Source: an uncultured Pseudomonadota bacterium (GTDB lineage: Bacteria; Pseudomonadota; Alphaproteobacteria; Rs-D84). From it: a stretch of DNA of 64,000 bases. Of the stretch, positions 9,611 through 17,181 are shown in pieces (position 1 is the first letter of the stretch; each line of letters begins with the position of its first letter). The stretch lies in the NCBI GenBank assembly GCA_946613885.1, contig CAMOGA010000004.1, positions 3,205 through 67,204 on the forward strand, in the 5' to 3' direction. The notes under the pieces were generated by a model, which was not told the origin of the DNA, ran no database searches, and was given only the letters and a program-made list of their open reading frames with translations. The position numbers were made by a program, and so were the translations under genes.

Positions 9611-10791
9611 TGGAACCTGAAATCAAAAAAACTTCTTTTATTCAAAGATTTTTCGGATGGATATGGCGGCACAAATGGTGGTCTGGATTGATATTATTAA
9701 TATTGATTGGTGGCGGTATTTGGATATATTTTGGAACCAGAACCAAAAGCAAAGATATGTTAACAGTAGATATTGTGCGTGGCGATATTGTTCAAACTGT
9801 CACCGCCACAGGAGAAATACAACCTGTAAACACTATCAATGTTGGGTCACAGGTATCCGGCACAATCGAAGATATTTTTGTTGATTATAATTCCCATGTA
9901 AAGCAAGGCGATTTATTATTAAAAATTGAACCGTCTGTTTTACAATCTACTGTTGACGAGGCCAAGGCATCTTTGGATTCTGCAAAATCAGAATTAAAAT
10001 ATGCGCGCAGTGAATACGAACGAAATCAATCTTTATATAACGATGGGTTTATATCACGTGCTGAAATGGAAAAATCACAAACAATATATGAACAAGCCGC
10101 CCAAGCGGTTAACAAAGCACAATATTCATACGAACGCGCGGTCACTAATCTGGGATACGCAACAATTACTTCACCTGTGGATGGAACGGTTATTTCACGC
10201 AAAGTAGACAAAGGTCAAACCGTTGCCGCATCTTTCCAAACACCGGATTTATTCGAAATTGCCGAAGATTTATCAAAAATGCAAATTGAAACCGCAGTAT
10301 CAGAGGCCGATATTGGTATGATAAAAGAAGGTCTGCCGGTGACATTTACTGTGGATGCATATCCAAACCAAACGTTTCATGGCAATATTCAACAAATCCG
10401 TTTGTCGCCAACAACGGTATCTAATGTGGTCGTTTATACTGTCGTGATTGATGTAGATAACAGCGATTTAAAATTGATGCCAGGTATGACCGCATTTGTG
10501 ACTGTTGTTGTGGCACAGGCAAAAGATACATGGAAAACAAAAAATTCAGGTTTATTATTAAGGTCTTTTAAAAATATATTTCCAGATGCCCCAGAAAATA
10601 TTACGCCAAAAACACACATGGCGATAAAACGCGGTAAAGATATAATTTTTATTCCATATAAACGTGGAATTACAACACCAACAGACACACAAATCATATC
10701 AGACGAAATTCGTGAAAACGATAAAATTGTTGTCGGGTTTTCTGGTCAAACAACAAATAATAAATCAACCATGCGCGGGCCAAGAATGTAA
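9610..10791 (+). CDS. macA: Periplasmic adaptor (HlyD/MacA family membrane fusion protein)
   Basis: N-terminal TM helix, lipoyl/barrel-sandwich motifs (GEIQPVNTINVGSQVSGTI, ITSPVDGTVISR), coiled coil. Confidence 0.85.
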   Translation: MEPEIKKTSFIQRFFGWIWRHKWWSGLILLILIGGGIWIYFGTRTKSKDMLTVDIVRGDIVQTVTATGEIQPVNTINVGSQVSGTIEDIFVDYNSHVKQGDLLLKIEPSVLQSTVDEAKASLDSAKSELKYARSEYERNQSLYNDGFISRAEMEKSQTIYEQAAQAVNKAQYSYERAVTNLGYATITSPVDGTVISRKVDKGQTVAASFQTPDLFEIAEDLSKMQIETAVSEADIGMIKEGLPVTFTVDAYPNQTFHGNIQQIRLSPTTVSNVVVYTVVIDVDNSDLKLMPGMTAFVTVVVAQAKDTWKTKNSGLLLRSFKNIFPDAPENITPKTHMAIKRGKDIIFIPYKRGITTPTDTQIISDEIRENDKIVVGFSGQTTNNKSTMRGPRM

Positions 10792-11538
10792 ATGAAAAAT
10801 CAACCTGACATTATTGTTATGAAAAAAATTAATAAAACGTTTCCATTGGCAATCGGTGGCGAACAACAGGTTTTATTTGATATAAACTTTATAATTAAAT
10901 CGGGCGAATTTGTCGCAATTATGGGGCCGTCTGGGTCTGGAAAATCAACATGTATGAATATTGTTGGGGCCTTGGATTCTGCGACATCTGGGGTTTATGA
11001 ATTATACGGTAAAGATATTACCACGATGTCTGCTGACGATTTGGCAACAGTGCGAAATGAATACATAGGTTTCGTTTTTCAAAATTTTAACCTGCTGTCA
11101 AAACGCACAATTATCGACAATGTTATGTTGCCGTTAATGTATCGTGGATGGGTTATGAACGACAGAATTATGCGTGCACGCGAAATGTTAAAATTGGTTG
11201 GACTAGAAAAATTTGAAACATATTTTCCAACACAATTATCGGGCGGTATGAAACAACGCGTTGCAATTGCACGTGCATTGGCTGGTAATCCTAAATTAAT
11301 TCTGGCGGATGAACCCACTGGGTCACTGGATTCAAAAATGGGGGACGAGATATTAAAATTTTTTGAAAAGTTAAATCATGATTTTGGAATAACTATCATA
11401 ATGATTACACACGAATTTGAAATCGCACAATATGCTAAACGACTAATTCATATCTATGATGGACGTATTACATACGATGGCATCGTTCCAAAAAACGAAG
11501 GTGTATTATTAAAATCAGAACAACGGCATAAAAAATGA
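10792..11538 (+). CDS. macB: MacB/LolD-type ABC ATPase
   Basis: Walker A GPSGSGKST, signature LSGGMKQR, Walker B LILADEPTGSLD. Confidence 0.9.
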   Translation: MKNQPDIIVMKKINKTFPLAIGGEQQVLFDINFIIKSGEFVAIMGPSGSGKSTCMNIVGALDSATSGVYELYGKDITTMSADDLATVRNEYIGFVFQNFNLLSKRTIIDNVMLPLMYRGWVMNDRIMRAREMLKLVGLEKFETYFPTQLSGGMKQRVAIARALAGNPKLILADEPTGSLDSKMGDEILKFFEKLNHDFGITIIMITHEFEIAQYAKRLIHIYDGRITYDGIVPKNEGVLLKSEQRHKK

Positions 11539-12752
11539 CAATCGGGGATATACTAAAAGAATCTTGGATATCAATCAGCGGAAATAAATTACGGTCTTTT
11601 TTGACAGTACTGGGGATTATTATTGGTGTTATGGCGGTTGTAATTATGGTGGCGGTTGGTGAAACAGTTCAAAAATCTATTACTGACCAATTTTCATCAC
11701 TGGGAACGAACACTATTGTTATTCGTGCAGGCGCAGCGCGCAGTGGTGGTGTTCGCACTGGCAATCGCCAAACATTAACGATTACCGATGCAGAACAAAT
11801 AAAAAAATTACCGGATGTTATGGCAATAACCCCAGCGCAAATGGGGTCTGCTCAGGTTATATATGGCAATAAAAATTGGTCAACGATGATGTTGGGGGCA
11901 TATCCTGACTATGCCACAATCCAAGATATTGACATTGAACATGGAACGTTTTTTGATGATACTGCGGTAAAAAATGCCGCGACATATGCCGTCATTGGAC
12001 CAGATACAGCAACAGAATTAGGGTTATCAGAAAATCCAGTTGGTGAAATCATCAGAATACACAATATGCCATTTGTAATTATTGGTGTTATGAAGGCACG
12101 TGGTGATTCTGCGTTTGGTTCCCAGGATGATATGATTATAATTCCTGTGACAACGTTAAAAAAACGATTACAGGGTTCAAAGTTCCCAGATGCAGTCACA
12201 ATGATTGCATTAAAAATTTTTCCAGATGCAGATAATAATGTTGTTATTGAACAAATAACATCCCTGTTGCGACAAAGACACAGAATCAAAGATACCGATG
12301 AAGATGATTTTCAAATCACAGACATGAAACAAATTATGGAGACAATGGATACCGTGACCGGATATTTGAAATTATTATTAATTGCGATTGCTGCGGTATC
12401 GTTATTGGTTGGGTCTATTGGCATTATGAACATGATGTTAACTTCTGTTGCAGAACGCACGCGTGAAATTGGAATACGCAAGGCAATTGGTGCCAGAGAA
12501 CGTGTGATAATCATCCAATTTTTATCAGAATCTGTTATGATATCTTTTATTGGGTCAATGTTGGGGCTGGTTTTAGGTGTTGGATTATCACAGGGTGTTG
12601 GACGTTTTATTTTACATTACGATGTCCCGTTTTCTATATGGCCGGTGATATTATCTGTGGGTGTGGCGATTGTTGTTGGGTTGGCATCTGGGGTTATGCC
12701 TGCAATCAAGGCCGCAAAATTAAACCCAATCGACAGTTTAAGATATGAATAA
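11535..12752 (+). CDS. MacB/FtsX-type ABC permease with periplasmic domain
   Basis: ATGA overlap with the ATPase gene. N-terminal TM helix, periplasmic domain and C-terminal FtsX-like 3-TM bundle (REIGIRKAIGA). Confidence 0.85.
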   Translation: MTIGDILKESWISISGNKLRSFLTVLGIIIGVMAVVIMVAVGETVQKSITDQFSSLGTNTIVIRAGAARSGGVRTGNRQTLTITDAEQIKKLPDVMAITPAQMGSAQVIYGNKNWSTMMLGAYPDYATIQDIDIEHGTFFDDTAVKNAATYAVIGPDTATELGLSENPVGEIIRIHNMPFVIIGVMKARGDSAFGSQDDMIIIPVTTLKKRLQGSKFPDAVTMIALKIFPDADNNVVIEQITSLLRQRHRIKDTDEDDFQITDMKQIMETMDTVTGYLKLLLIAIAAVSLLVGSIGIMNMMLTSVAERTREIGIRKAIGARERVIIIQFLSESVMISFIGSMLGLVLGVGLSQGVGRFILHYDVPFSIWPVILSVGVAIVVGLASGVMPAIKAAKLNPIDSLRYE

Positions 12753-12756
12753 TGAA

Positions 12757-13677
12757 TTAACGGCTTAACTGTTTTTCTACGTTACGAATTTTGCCCATTA
12801 TTTCACGCATAAATTTAACTTTTTCAATATTATTTTGACAAGTCTTTTCACTTTGTGGGTTTACACGTAAATCATCACCTGCCTTGATAAAGCGTTTTAA
12901 TAATACAGTTATTATTCTGTATCTCATGATATTTTGAACCTCTGGATTACGCAATCCAGGCATTTTATATTTTGTTTTATCATGTAATTTTGTATATAAA
13001 TCATATACACTTCTGCAAATTCCCAAATCAGAAATCATCGGCGAGAAAATATCACGGAATATAAAATTATATTTAGCATCAGCAAAATCAATAAATGACA
13101 ATTTGCTGGTTTTTGCATCGTATAAAACATTACCAGAATTTAAATCTGCATGCGACCATGCTTTGCGGGTTGTGTATTCAAAATTGTCAATGTCTGCGAA
13201 TAAATCTGACATATATTTAATTTCGCCCAAATCAAACCATTTTGGCATTTTATGTTCAATTATATTTTCCAAACGAACCGTTTTCAATTCTTCTGTTAAT
13301 TTATGTGTTTCTTCATCGCCCACAGGTTTTAATTCGTTCATATCGACCAAAAAACTAGCAATACTGTTAATTATTTCAACACGTTGACGTTCTGTTAATT
13401 TGGCATACAAATCTTTGGTTAATGGTTCACCTGGTGCACGTTCTTCCAATAATTGATATTCTTCATCTTTGATAAAAATCATACGTGGGACATTATACAC
13501 AGGATTGCCAACAGACCTGATTTCATCAATAACACCCTTGGTTTTATGCTGTTTTTCCAACCATTTGTCTTTCTGTTCAGGCGAAAATTCGGGCAAAGGG
13601 CGTTTCATAACTAAACAATCGCCAAAATTGACGATGTAAGTTTCTTGACCATGTAATTCTTTTATTTCTGTTTTCAT
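12757..13677 (-). CDS. Phosphotransferase (APH/choline-kinase-like) family protein
   Basis: Catalytic loop HADLNSGNVL and metal-binding IDFADA are typical of the APH kinase fold. Confidence 0.6.
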   Translation of the reverse strand: MKTEIKELHGQETYIVNFGDCLVMKRPLPEFSPEQKDKWLEKQHKTKGVIDEIRSVGNPVYNVPRMIFIKDEEYQLLEERAPGEPLTKDLYAKLTERQRVEIINSIASFLVDMNELKPVGDEETHKLTEELKTVRLENIIEHKMPKWFDLGEIKYMSDLFADIDNFEYTTRKAWSHADLNSGNVLYDAKTSKLSFIDFADAKYNFIFRDIFSPMISDLGICRSVYDLYTKLHDKTKYKMPGLRNPEVQNIMRYRIITVLLKRFIKAGDDLRVNPQSEKTCQNNIEKVKFMREIMGKIRNVEKQLSR

Positions 13678-13740
13678 ACTGTATATTATAGACGCATTTT
13701 TCTTTTTGTCAATACATTTATTATATTTTTATTGTTGTAA

Positions 13741-13769
13741 TTGACAATATTATATTTTTGTGCTATAAA
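13741..13769 (+). promoter_or_regulatory. Predicted promoter (TTGACA-17-TGcTATAAA) of the Fic-like gene
   Basis: TTGACA at 13741-13746 and extended -10 at 13761-13769. This placement excludes the track ATG at 13772. Confidence 0.4.
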
Positions 13770-13792
13770 CAATGACACAACAGGGTTTATTT

Positions 13793-14533
13793 ATGACAAG
13801 TCAGAAAAAAATTTCACAAATCGCTCACAAACGCCACAGCAAGGACAAATGTGCGTGTATTGAACATAATAAAAAAGTCATAAATAAATTATTATCTAAA
13901 AACACAACGAAGCGATTAAATAATCTTAATTGGCTGCGACAAAAAATATCTTTTGAAGAATCTAAAAATTTGTTTTATATGCCAAACAATAAACAATCGC
14001 CCTATTTTGATTACAGTTGCACCCGTGGTCTGGGCAATGCATACGATTATATTATTGAACACCACGACATCGAAAAACCACTAAGTTTATCTGATGTGTG
14101 TCAAATTCATTATTTAATATGCAACCAGGCAAACATCCAAATGAACGATTCTTTTATTCGGGCGGGTGTTATTAATCAAACCTCTATCCCGATGGAGATT
14201 GAAAACCAATTAGAAAATATTATTTTTCAATCTACGCATAATGATAAAAAAACCTTCTTTCAGGCATTTGATTTGCATTATCAAATAATACTGTTGCAAC
14301 CATTTGATGATTATAATAAACGTACTGCGCGTATGGTTATGAATTGGTATTTAATAAAAAACGGGTATCATCCAATTGCCTTTACCAAAAAAAACGACAA
14401 AACAAAATACCCAGAATCTTTATTAAAAATGAAACAAAATCATGCGGATTTTTACTATGAATACATGATTCAATCAATGCTGCATACACAAACTGAGATT
14501 ATTAATCAATTACGAGCATTAAAAATTTATTAA
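13793..14533 (+). CDS. Fic/DOC-family protein with degenerate active-site motif
   Basis: LLQPFDDYNKRTARMVMNWYLIKNGYHPIAF matches the Fic core HPFxxGNGRxxR, but with Q for H and YNK for GNG. Confidence 0.6.
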   Translation: MTSQKKISQIAHKRHSKDKCACIEHNKKVINKLLSKNTTKRLNNLNWLRQKISFEESKNLFYMPNNKQSPYFDYSCTRGLGNAYDYIIEHHDIEKPLSLSDVCQIHYLICNQANIQMNDSFIRAGVINQTSIPMEIENQLENIIFQSTHNDKKTFFQAFDLHYQIILLQPFDDYNKRTARMVMNWYLIKNGYHPIAFTKKNDKTKYPESLLKMKQNHADFYYEYMIQSMLHTQTEIINQLRALKIY

Positions 14534-14549
14534 TTTTTTAATTCCGTGA

Positions 14550-14578
14550 TTTACAATTTTTTATTATCTTGGTATGAT
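14550..14578 (+). promoter_or_regulatory. Predicted promoter (TTTACA-17-TATGAT), 8 nt upstream of ATG 14587
   Basis: TTTACA at 14550-14555 and TATGAT at 14573-14578. Confidence 0.4.
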
Positions 14579-14586
14579 AATACAAA

Positions 14587-15672
14587 ATGCGTATGAATAA
14601 ATTTATTTTATTTACAGTTATTTGTGGCATGTGTGTATCGCACGTGTGGGGTGCAAGTAATGAATTAACAAAAATTCAAAACCAAATAAAAAAAACAGAA
14701 CAACAAAATAAACAAATTGAACAAAAATTAAAAAATTCAAATCGTGATGTTGAAAAAACAAAAAAACAGTTGGTAAAAACTGCTGACCGTGTTAATGACT
14801 TGGAAGAACAACGTGGCGTATTAATCAAACACATCGCAGAATTAGATAAACAACGCGATAAAATTAATGCAGATTTAATACAAAATCACGATGCGATTAC
14901 CAATGCAACGGCGGGTATGTTGTTTGTTGCAATGCATCCAAATTTTGATGCAAAAAATATGCATGATTATGTTTTAACAAATACTATATTGGCATCTGCG
15001 GCAAACCAATTTGATGTGCAAATTATGGATGCCACAAAAAAATTACGCGAATTGGACACTATTCATGAACAACGCACGATTGAAAAAGAAAAATTGGACC
15101 GCAGTGCAAAAAAATATTCAAATGAAAAACGCGAATTAGATAAATTGTTAAAAACACGTTCAGCACAAAATCAAAAATTAAAAAACGAACAAATTGAAAT
15201 ACAAAAAAAATTAAAGAAATTGTCTGCTGCTGCAAAAAATATTTCTGAATTGTCTGCGGGTGTCGGTTCGTCTGCGATGTCTGGGGATGCAAAATTTTCA
15301 AAACGAAAATTAAACACACCTGTACGTGGTAAATTGGTTGTACGATATGGTGAAAAAACGGCACTGGGGTTAAAATCAGACGGATGGCGCATACGTGCAC
15401 GCGGTAATGCATTGGTTATGGCACCTGCTGATGGGGTTGTTAAATTTGCTGATTCTTTCCGTGGGTTTGGTCGTGTAATTATTATGTCACATAAAAATGG
15501 GTATAATACTGTTATGACAAACATGGGGTCAATCGAAGCCATGGTCGGTCAGGAAGTATTAGCAGGTGAACCAATTGGACGTATGAACGAAAATAAACCT
15601 GAAATGTATTTAGAGGTCAGACGCGGAAAAAATTCCGTAGATCCGGCAAATTTATTTAACGAACCAAAATAA
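14587..15672 (+). CDS. envC: EnvC-like coiled-coil protein with degenerate LytM (M23) domain
   Basis: Signal peptide, long K/E/Q coiled coil and a C-terminal M23 fold. The HxxxD and HxH metal ligands are replaced (PEMYLEVRRG instead of PHLHFE). Confidence 0.75.
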   Translation: MRMNKFILFTVICGMCVSHVWGASNELTKIQNQIKKTEQQNKQIEQKLKNSNRDVEKTKKQLVKTADRVNDLEEQRGVLIKHIAELDKQRDKINADLIQNHDAITNATAGMLFVAMHPNFDAKNMHDYVLTNTILASAANQFDVQIMDATKKLRELDTIHEQRTIEKEKLDRSAKKYSNEKRELDKLLKTRSAQNQKLKNEQIEIQKKLKKLSAAAKNISELSAGVGSSAMSGDAKFSKRKLNTPVRGKLVVRYGEKTALGLKSDGWRIRARGNALVMAPADGVVKFADSFRGFGRVIIMSHKNGYNTVMTNMGSIEAMVGQEVLAGEPIGRMNENKPEMYLEVRRGKNSVDPANLFNEPK

Positions 15673-15673
15673 A

Positions 15674-16654
15674 TTAAAATTCAAAACGCAACCCAATCAT
15701 TAAATTGGTATATATCATATCTTTAGCAGAAAACCAATCGCGATGCATTGATGCATCAGAATTAACCAATTGCCATGTAATTTTTGGAATATACATTATG
15801 CGCGCCGAAAAATCTAAAAACGTATATTCACTGATTCCATAAGACAATCCCAAATCACCGATTACCGCGATATTTTCAGATGATGGATATTTCGATTTAT
15901 CGGTTGGTGGTTCAAATTGCAAAACACCGTCTTCATCAGGTGTCCCATAATTTTGTAAATCCGAATCCGTAGATAAATCACCATAAATATCCGCCAATTT
16001 TAATGTTGTTTTTGATGTCGCATACCCCAACCCAAAACCAACATACGGAACAATTTGATTCAATGGTTTTTTATACCCTTCGAAAAAATCATAATGCGCC
16101 ATCACAGATATAATATCTGTGGAAATTGTTGATGTTGCGCCACTGCTGGATACATGAACAACCGCATTTCCAATATCACCACCAGTGGTATTCAAATTAC
16201 CCTGAAATAAAGGAATTTGATTATAATCTGTTTCTGCGATATGGTCATAGCCCGCACTTAATCGCCATTGTGGATAATACGGAATTGTAAAACCGATATC
16301 CGCCCCCGCGGTAAATGCAACCTTAGAAAATTTTTCTTTGGCTGGTAATGTAGATAAATCCCCATATCCTGCATTAACATAACCAGTCGGTTCACCAGCC
16401 GCCACCCAAGCCATGGCCGACACAACATCACCTGTTGTTTGGTTTATGTAATAATATCCATACAAATTACCAACATCATTATTCATTTTGGCGTTTGCCA
16501 ATGACAGTCCACCACGCACACCAACAACAAAACGTGTATTATCTTCGTTATAATAACCATCGTTTATGTAATACCCGTCATATTGCCACCCGGCAAACGC
16601 AGGCGTTGCACACAACAACATCATTGTAAAAAATAAAGATTTTTTTAATTTCAT
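15674..16654 (-). CDS. Outer-membrane beta-barrel protein
   Basis: Signal peptide ...TPAFA, alternating aromatic/Gly beta-strand pattern, C-terminal ...GLRFEF ending in Phe. Confidence 0.65.
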   Translation of the reverse strand: MKLKKSLFFTMMLLCATPAFAGWQYDGYYINDGYYNEDNTRFVVGVRGGLSLANAKMNNDVGNLYGYYYINQTTGDVVSAMAWVAAGEPTGYVNAGYGDLSTLPAKEKFSKVAFTAGADIGFTIPYYPQWRLSAGYDHIAETDYNQIPLFQGNLNTTGGDIGNAVVHVSSSGATSTISTDIISVMAHYDFFEGYKKPLNQIVPYVGFGLGYATSKTTLKLADIYGDLSTDSDLQNYGTPDEDGVLQFEPPTDKSKYPSSENIAVIGDLGLSYGISEYTFLDFSARIMYIPKITWQLVNSDASMHRDWFSAKDMIYTNLMIGLRFEF

Positions 16655-16694
16655 CGTGCAATTATTATATCACAAAAAATACATCAAACAAAGA

Positions 16695-16719
16695 ACAAAA
16701 AAATGCCCAAATGGGCATT
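16695..16719 (-). terminator. Rho-independent terminator after the BOF/YgiW gene
   Basis: Minus strand: AATGCCC-attt-GGGCATT followed by T7. Confidence 0.55.
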
Positions 16720-16720
16720 T

Positions 16721-17074
16721 TTATTTAACAATTGAATTAACATCAATTTCTGTGTAATTAGAACCCTTGTCCACGTTGCCATAAACCGTCACAATGTCGT
16801 CAACACGAACAGTGTTTCCGTTCCAAGATTCTTCATCGATTTCCAACATAACTGTTCCAGAACCATCTTCAAATACAAACATATTGTTCCCCATATTTTT
16901 TGTAATACGACCACGCATCACAACCGGTGTATCATCTGGCAAAGACATAACCTCAGTCACGGTCCAAACGGCCGGATGATTGTTTGTGTTGTTATTCATA
17001 TTTTTACCTGGACCTGCAAATGCGCCACAAATTGGCAACACCGCAACCAGTGCCAAAACAGATATTTTTTTCAT
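16721..17074 (-). CDS. ygiW: Periplasmic bacterial OB-fold (BOF, YgiW/YdeI family) protein
   Basis: Signal peptide plus VVMRGRITKNMGNNMFVFEDGSGTVMLEIDEESWNG...EIDVNSI, which resembles my recollection of E. coli YgiW (not alignment-checked). Confidence 0.75.
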   Translation of the reverse strand: MKKISVLALVAVLPICGAFAGPGKNMNNNTNNHPAVWTVTEVMSLPDDTPVVMRGRITKNMGNNMFVFEDGSGTVMLEIDEESWNGNTVRVDDIVTVYGNVDKGSNYTEIDVNSIVK

Positions 17075-17151
17075 GATTTTTCTCCTTTGTGCATTTTGCT
17101 TTCCACGGCAACATTATACCAACGAATCGATATAGAATAACATAGGAACGA

Positions 17152-17176
17152 ATTGAAAAACCGCCCAATTGGGCGG
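17152..17176 (-). terminator. Rho-independent terminator after the 878-aa gene
   Basis: Minus strand: CCGCCC-aatt-GGGCGG followed by TTTTT. Confidence 0.6.
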
Positions 17177-17181
17177 TAAAA

